NCBI GenBank assembly: GCA_963674755.2
Contig: CAXXVS010000003.1
Span: 1,184,001 to 1,248,000, forward strand
Origin: Desulfobacterales bacterium
Lineage (GTDB): Bacteria > Desulfobacterota > Desulfobacteria > Desulfobacterales > UBA5852
Direction of reading: 5' to 3'
DNA: 64,000 bases
Shown here: positions 59,490 through 64,000 of the stretch, piece by piece
How positions within the stretch are numbered: position 1 is the first letter of the stretch
Layout: the number at the start of each line of letters is the position of its first letter
The notes under the pieces: model-generated
Database searches by the model: none
The model's input: the letters and a program-made list of their open reading frames with translations, nothing else
What the model was told of the DNA's origin: nothing
Made by a program: the position numbers and the translations under genes

Positions 59490-59676
59490 TGGCCAGGCGA
59501 CCCGCAATCGATGCGCCGTTTCTTCAAGCGGGTGCAATGACGCTAATCGAGGCCCCAAGGCCAACCAGTGTACCTTCTACCGGGCTCCGCCGGCACGGCA
59601 ATGCGGCGTTGGGTTTCCGGTCGCGCCATCCGTTACACAAGCGCCGCCGAGGGAGAAAAAGGCCATCCGCTGGGGA

Positions 59677-60765
59677 TTATAAGGGCTGGGTTGCCGCCAA
59701 AACAGCGCGTTCCGCACTGGAAAGGGCGCCTTCAAGGTAACCGCGCAGATGGTCTGCGGTTTCTGTGCCGGCAAAATGCAAGGTGCCGTCCCAGATGCTT
59801 GTTTTACCGGAAGGCGGCTGGAACTCGGGATGGTTGTGGGCCGCCCGCTGGTCATATTCAGTGGCGGTAAATTCTTCCCTGGCCCAATCCTGATAATAGG
59901 TTCGGACGGGCCGTCCGGCCGCCGGTCCGTAAAGCAGAGGCAGCTGGCTGAGGATGGCCTGGATCATGCTCGCGCTATGTTTGCGCCGCAAGGCCGGGAT
60001 GCCGACAAATCCGGTCAGGCCATAGGGCCTGTTGGTTTCACTGGATCCGTCGTGAATCTCCCCCAGGGGGCCGCACAGGCTGAACCCCTGGCCGGAAAGG
60101 CCTATTTCCCGCCAGTCGGCTTCATCATACAGGGCAAAAAATTTCGCCTGGCCCGCCATCCAGGTGCTTGATTTCAGCATGGCCTGGATAAGACCGAAGG
60201 CCAGATCAGGTGTAAACAAAATGGAGCGCGCGGCAAGCCGGGGTGGCAAAGCGAGAATGATCCCGGAGGCCTTCAGCCGGCACCTGGGTTCCTGGTCCAG
60301 ACGCCCCACCGTAACCTGAACACCCTTCTCCCGCCGATCGATCTCGCATACCGGATGATTCAGCCGGATGACATTTGGGGGAATCCGGGCGCAAAGCCCC
60401 TCGACAAGCGAGATCATACCGCCACAAAGCCGATATCCGGGCGGCTCCATGGGATAGCCTTCAATGGTCTCCGTATGGCCATCCTTGGCCTGGAATCGGC
60501 ATAGGCCCGTTTCAAACTGGGGATAGCCTTTAAGGCCCAGGGTTTGTATCAGCGCGTTGACCTTGGGGTTGATCGCGGGCCAATACCAGGATGGCCCCAG
60601 GTCGGCAAAAAAGCCGCGATGCTCCGGACTTAAAATCCGGCCGCCCAGGCGGGATCGGGCTTCAAGCAAAACAAAAGAGGTTTTCCTGGCCGCCAGCAGA
60701 AAGGCCGCATAAATTCCGCTGAGGCCGCCCCCAATGATGATGGTATCCACTTCTTCCGTTTGCAT
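59677..60765 (-). CDS. Flavin monoamine oxidase family protein
   Basis: IIGGGLSG, LEARSRLGGR, DLGPSWYW, FAGTET....GYLEGAL. Confidence 0.88.
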   Translation of the reverse strand: MQTEEVDTIIIGGGLSGIYAAFLLAARKTSFVLLEARSRLGGRILSPEHRGFFADLGPSWYWPAINPKVNALIQTLGLKGYPQFETGLCRFQAKDGHTETIEGYPMEPPGYRLCGGMISLVEGLCARIPPNVIRLNHPVCEIDRREKGVQVTVGRLDQEPRCRLKASGIILALPPRLAARSILFTPDLAFGLIQAMLKSSTWMAGQAKFFALYDEADWREIGLSGQGFSLCGPLGEIHDGSSETNRPYGLTGFVGIPALRRKHSASMIQAILSQLPLLYGPAAGRPVRTYYQDWAREEFTATEYDQRAAHNHPEFQPPSGKTSIWDGTLHFAGTETADHLRGYLEGALSSAERAVLAATQPL

Positions 60766-61055
60766 ATCGACTTTGTGTCCTCGTTTCCCGGATCGCCATC
60801 AAACCGTCCGTCTTTGGCGCAAAACCGTTATGCGCATGCAACATCAAAGAATCAATGCTTTCTATCCGGAAAATAATTAAAAAAAACGTCCCATCTTTGA
60901 TTCCGCTACCAGGTTTTCATCGCCACAAGGCGGCCTGCGATAGCCCGGCAATTTGGGGGAACCCGGCTTGACAGGGTTCGCTTCGGTAGCCAGCTTATTT
61001 CTAATTTTAACCGGGACTAAGTGGTCCTTTTCGAAAAAACGGTGACGCGCTGAGG

Positions 61056-62648
61056 TTGCGAAGGAGCACCCCCGTCGCGCATGGCCTGGAGTTCGATCCA
61101 TGGAACAGCGCCCGGGGGGAATGCCGCGAAGCCGACGAGAACCTGATCGACGAAAGAAATGGGTTTCCGAAAACGAACGCAAGCAATCCAACCATCATCG
61201 TGATCTTCGGGGCCACGGGGGATTTGACCCGGCGCAAGCTGATGCCGGCCCTGTTCGATGCCTTTCGCAAGGGACGCCTGCCTGCGAAGCTCTACATCAT
61301 GGGGTTTGCGCGCACCACCTGGGACGATGACGCCTTTCGCGCGGCCATGCGGCAGGGCCTGGCGGAGTTCAACGGGGCGGTGGACCGGCAGGCCTGGGAA
61401 GCCTTTGCGCCCTGTCTGCACTTCCAGTCCGGCGACCTGACCGCGGATGCCGATGTGGCTGCTCTGGAGCGGGCCCTGGGGGCCCTGACGCCCGGCGAAA
61501 GCGAGCGCCTTTATTACATGGCCGTCTCCCCCCGTTTTTTCGTCCCGGCCGTCAAGCATCTGGGGGCCAACGGCATGGCCGAAGAATCCCGCGGCCGGCG
61601 GCGCATCGTGATCGAGAAACCCTTCGGGCAGGATCTCGACTCGGCCACGGCCCTGGACCGCTCGGTGCACGCGGTGTTCGACGAAAGCCAGGTCTTTCGC
61701 ATCGACCATTACCTGGGCAAGGAAACCGCCCAGAATATCCTCTATTTTCGCTTTGCCAACGCGGTCTACGAGCCCGTCTGGAACCGCAACTACATTTCCA
61801 ATGTTCAGATTACGGTGGCCGAGAGCGTGGATGTGGGGCATCGGGCGGCCTACTACGACCAGGCCGGGGTGCTACGCGACATGTTTCAGAATCATTTGCT
61901 GCAGCTGCTGACCCTGGTGGCCATGGAGCCGCCGGCGCCCTTTAACGCCACCACCCTCAGGGACGAGAAAGTCAAGGTGCTCAGCGCCATCCGCCCTATT
62001 GATCTGTCCCACACGGTGCGCGCGCAATATGCGGATTACAGCGAAACGCCCGGCGTGCCGGCCGATTCGCAAACCCCCACCTTTGCGGCCCTCAAGCTCT
62101 TCATCGACAATTGGCGCTGGCAGGGGGTGCCCTTTTATCTGCGCTCGGGCAAAGCCCTGGCACACAAGGCCTCGGAGATCAATATCGAATTCAAGCGCCC
62201 GCCCTATGCCATGTTCCAGGCCTTTCACTGCCCGACCCCCAACCGCCTTTCCTTTTGCGTGCAGCCGGACGAAGGGATCCATTTTCGGTTGGAGGCCAAG
62301 GTACCGGACGAGCCCCGCCAGATCAAATCCGTGGAGATGCAATTCCATTTCCGGGAGGCCTTCGCGCACAACCAATTGCCCGAGGCTTACGAGCGGCTGT
62401 TGCTGGATGCCATTCACGGCGACGCCTCTTTATTTGCCCGCAGCGATGAAATCCAGTGGGCCTGGCGGTTGGTGGACCCCGTGATCCGGGGCTGGGAGAC
62501 ACCCGCGGCACCGCCCCTGGTCACCTACCCGCGCGACTCCTGGGGCCCCCAGGCCGCCGATGATCTGCTGGCCCGCGAGGGGCATGCCTGGCAAATGGGC
62601 TGCATCGACCATCATGGGAACGATCAGTCGGATTGCGACCTGAAATGA
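61056..62648 (+). CDS. zwf: Glucose-6-phosphate 1-dehydrogenase
   Basis: [48 protein letters not shown]; start codon uncertain. Confidence 0.95.
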   Translation: MRRSTPVAHGLEFDPWNSARGECREADENLIDERNGFPKTNASNPTIIVIFGATGDLTRRKLMPALFDAFRKGRLPAKLYIMGFARTTWDDDAFRAAMRQGLAEFNGAVDRQAWEAFAPCLHFQSGDLTADADVAALERALGALTPGESERLYYMAVSPRFFVPAVKHLGANGMAEESRGRRRIVIEKPFGQDLDSATALDRSVHAVFDESQVFRIDHYLGKETAQNILYFRFANAVYEPVWNRNYISNVQITVAESVDVGHRAAYYDQAGVLRDMFQNHLLQLLTLVAMEPPAPFNATTLRDEKVKVLSAIRPIDLSHTVRAQYADYSETPGVPADSQTPTFAALKLFIDNWRWQGVPFYLRSGKALAHKASEINIEFKRPPYAMFQAFHCPTPNRLSFCVQPDEGIHFRLEAKVPDEPRQIKSVEMQFHFREAFAHNQLPEAYERLLLDAIHGDASLFARSDEIQWAWRLVDPVIRGWETPAAPPLVTYPRDSWGPQAADDLLAREGHAWQMGCIDHHGNDQSDCDLK

Positions 62649-62920
62649 TGACGCGGAGCCTGTCGGTGGAGCTCGCCCCTTACGGCATTACCATCAATTC
62701 CATCGCCCCGGGCGCGATCGAAACGCCGATCAACACGACCCTGCTGAACAATCCGGCAAAGCTGAAGGCGCGGGAGGCGAACATTCCCCTCAGGCGCCTA
62801 GGCGCGCTCCGCGACGTGGCGGGCGCCGTGGTGTTTCGGGCGTCACGGGCCGCCGATTACATTACCGGTACGACGCTTTTGGTCGATGGAGGCCTGGTGT
62901 GGAATTATCAGGAACGATGA
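62633..62920 (+). pseudogene. C-terminal fragment of a glucose 1-dehydrogenase-like SDR
   Basis: TRSLSVELAPYGITINSIAPGAIETPIN...YITGTTLLVDGG; Rossmann fold and YxxxK missing. Confidence 0.8.
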
Positions 62921-64000
62921 CAGCCGAGCAGGAACGTCTGGTCGCCGATGACCAACGCACGGCCAATTGGAAGCGCTGGGGGCCTTACCTGAGCGAGCGG
63001 CAATGGGCCACCGTGCGGGAGGATTACTCCGCCGAGGGTACCGTTTGGGACTACTTCCCCCACGACCATGCCCGCAGCCGCGCCTATCGCTGGGGCGAGG
63101 ACGGCCTTCTGGGCATCACCGACCGGGAGTGTCGGCTGTGCTTTGCTCTGGCGCTCTGGAACGGGAAGGATCCGATCCTGAAGGAGCGGCTCTTCGGCCT
63201 GACCGGTCCCGAGGGAAACCACGGGGAGGATGTCAAGGAAGAATACTTCTACCTGGCATCGACGCCCACCCATTCCTATCTCAAGGGGCTCTACAAATAC
63301 CCGCAAAGCGCCTTTCCCTACGAGGGGCTGGTTGACGAAAACCACCGGCGGACCAAACGCGAGCCTGAGTTCGAACTGGTGGATACCGGCGCCTTGGCCG
63401 ACAACCGCTATTTCGACGTGTTCGCGGAATATGCTAAAAGGGCACCGGATGATATCCTCATCCGCCTCACCCTGGCCAATCGCGGCCCCGAGGAAGCCCG
63501 CGTGCATCTGTTGCCCACCTTGTGGTTCCGTAACACCTGGTCGTGGCATTGCCTCCACGAATGCATCTGGCCCAAACCGCGCCTGCAGCGCGAACAAGAG
63601 GGGCGGATGATCGCGGTTCGCCATGAATCGCTGGGCCGTTTCCACCTGGCGCTCGGATCCCATCCCGACGGCTCCCGGCCGCCGCTGCTCTTCACGGAAA
63701 ACGAAAGCAACACCCAACGCCTCTGGGATTCCGGCGAAGAGGGGTTTTTCAAGGACGCCTTCCACGATTACATCATCGCGGGGCGCCGGGCGGCGGTCAA
63801 CCGGCGGGGCGTCGGCACCAAGGCGGCGGCCCATTACATCCTCGACATTCCGGCCGGCGAGGCGCGGACCGTAAAATTGCGGCTATTTTCCGAAGCCGAG
63901 GCGCCCGCGGCGGCCTTCGGAGCGGAATTCGACCGGATTTTCGCGACCCGTATCAGTGAGAACGATGCCTTTTATGACGCTGCTTCGCCGGCCACCCTCG
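62917..64000 (+). CDS. MGH1-like glycoside hydrolase (GH63-related), runs off window end
   Basis: Manual translation MTAEQERL...WKRWGPYLSERQWATVREDYS...HDHARSRAYRWGEDG...LKERLFGL..EGNHGEDVKE. Confidence 0.85.
   Translation, partial: MTAEQERLVADDQRTANWKRWGPYLSERQWATVREDYSAEGTVWDYFPHDHARSRAYRWGEDGLLGITDRECRLCFALALWNGKDPILKERLFGLTGPEGNHGEDVKEEYFYLASTPTHSYLKGLYKYPQSAFPYEGLVDENHRRTKREPEFELVDTGALADNRYFDVFAEYAKRAPDDILIRLTLANRGPEEARVHLLPTLWFRNTWSWHCLHECIWPKPRLQREQEGRMIAVRHESLGRFHLALGSHPDGSRPPLLFTENESNTQRLWDSGEEGFFKDAFHDYIIAGRRAAVNRRGVGTKAAAHYILDIPAGEARTVKLRLFSEAEAPAAAFGAEFDRIFATRISENDAFYDAASPATL

Noticed and set aside
1..64000. CRISPR arrays, tRNA (including selC), rRNA, selA/selB/selD
   Set aside because: None recognised by eye; Sec machinery would have to lie elsewhere in the genome.

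Overview
GC-rich bacterial chromosomal window. Gene content (cytochrome c3 domain, superoxide reductase, several sigma-54 activators, TRAP transporter) suggests an anaerobic Desulfobacterota-type organism; this is an inference. The main find is a sigma-54-type operon (31703-36184) encoding a TusA-like protein, a Tat-exported HybA/NrfC-type Fe-S protein, an NrfD/HybB-type membrane subunit and a multiheme cytochrome. The cytochrome is split by one in-frame TGA (34865-34867) at the position of the conserved Cys of the octaheme tetrathionate reductase (OTR) family motif NNFC, and a SECIS-like hairpin follows it. It is therefore a probable 705-aa selenocysteine-containing cytochrome c3-OTR fusion with 13 CxxCH motifs. 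A Cys-rich PAS sigma-54 activator lies divergently upstream. The window also holds stress genes (dksA-like, osmC, SOR, USP), darAB-like dialkylresorcinol genes beside a radical SAM/SPASM enzyme, a GDP-fucose cluster, a TRAP transporter with a two-component system and visible operator repeats, an RND efflux operon, DUF2339/DUF3999, an autotransporter, MocR/DUF2917, Fic, zwf, a GH63-like gene, and many deletion relics and RAYT/REP remnants. No rRNA, tRNA or CRISPR array was seen. All family calls are by motif recognition, not database search.
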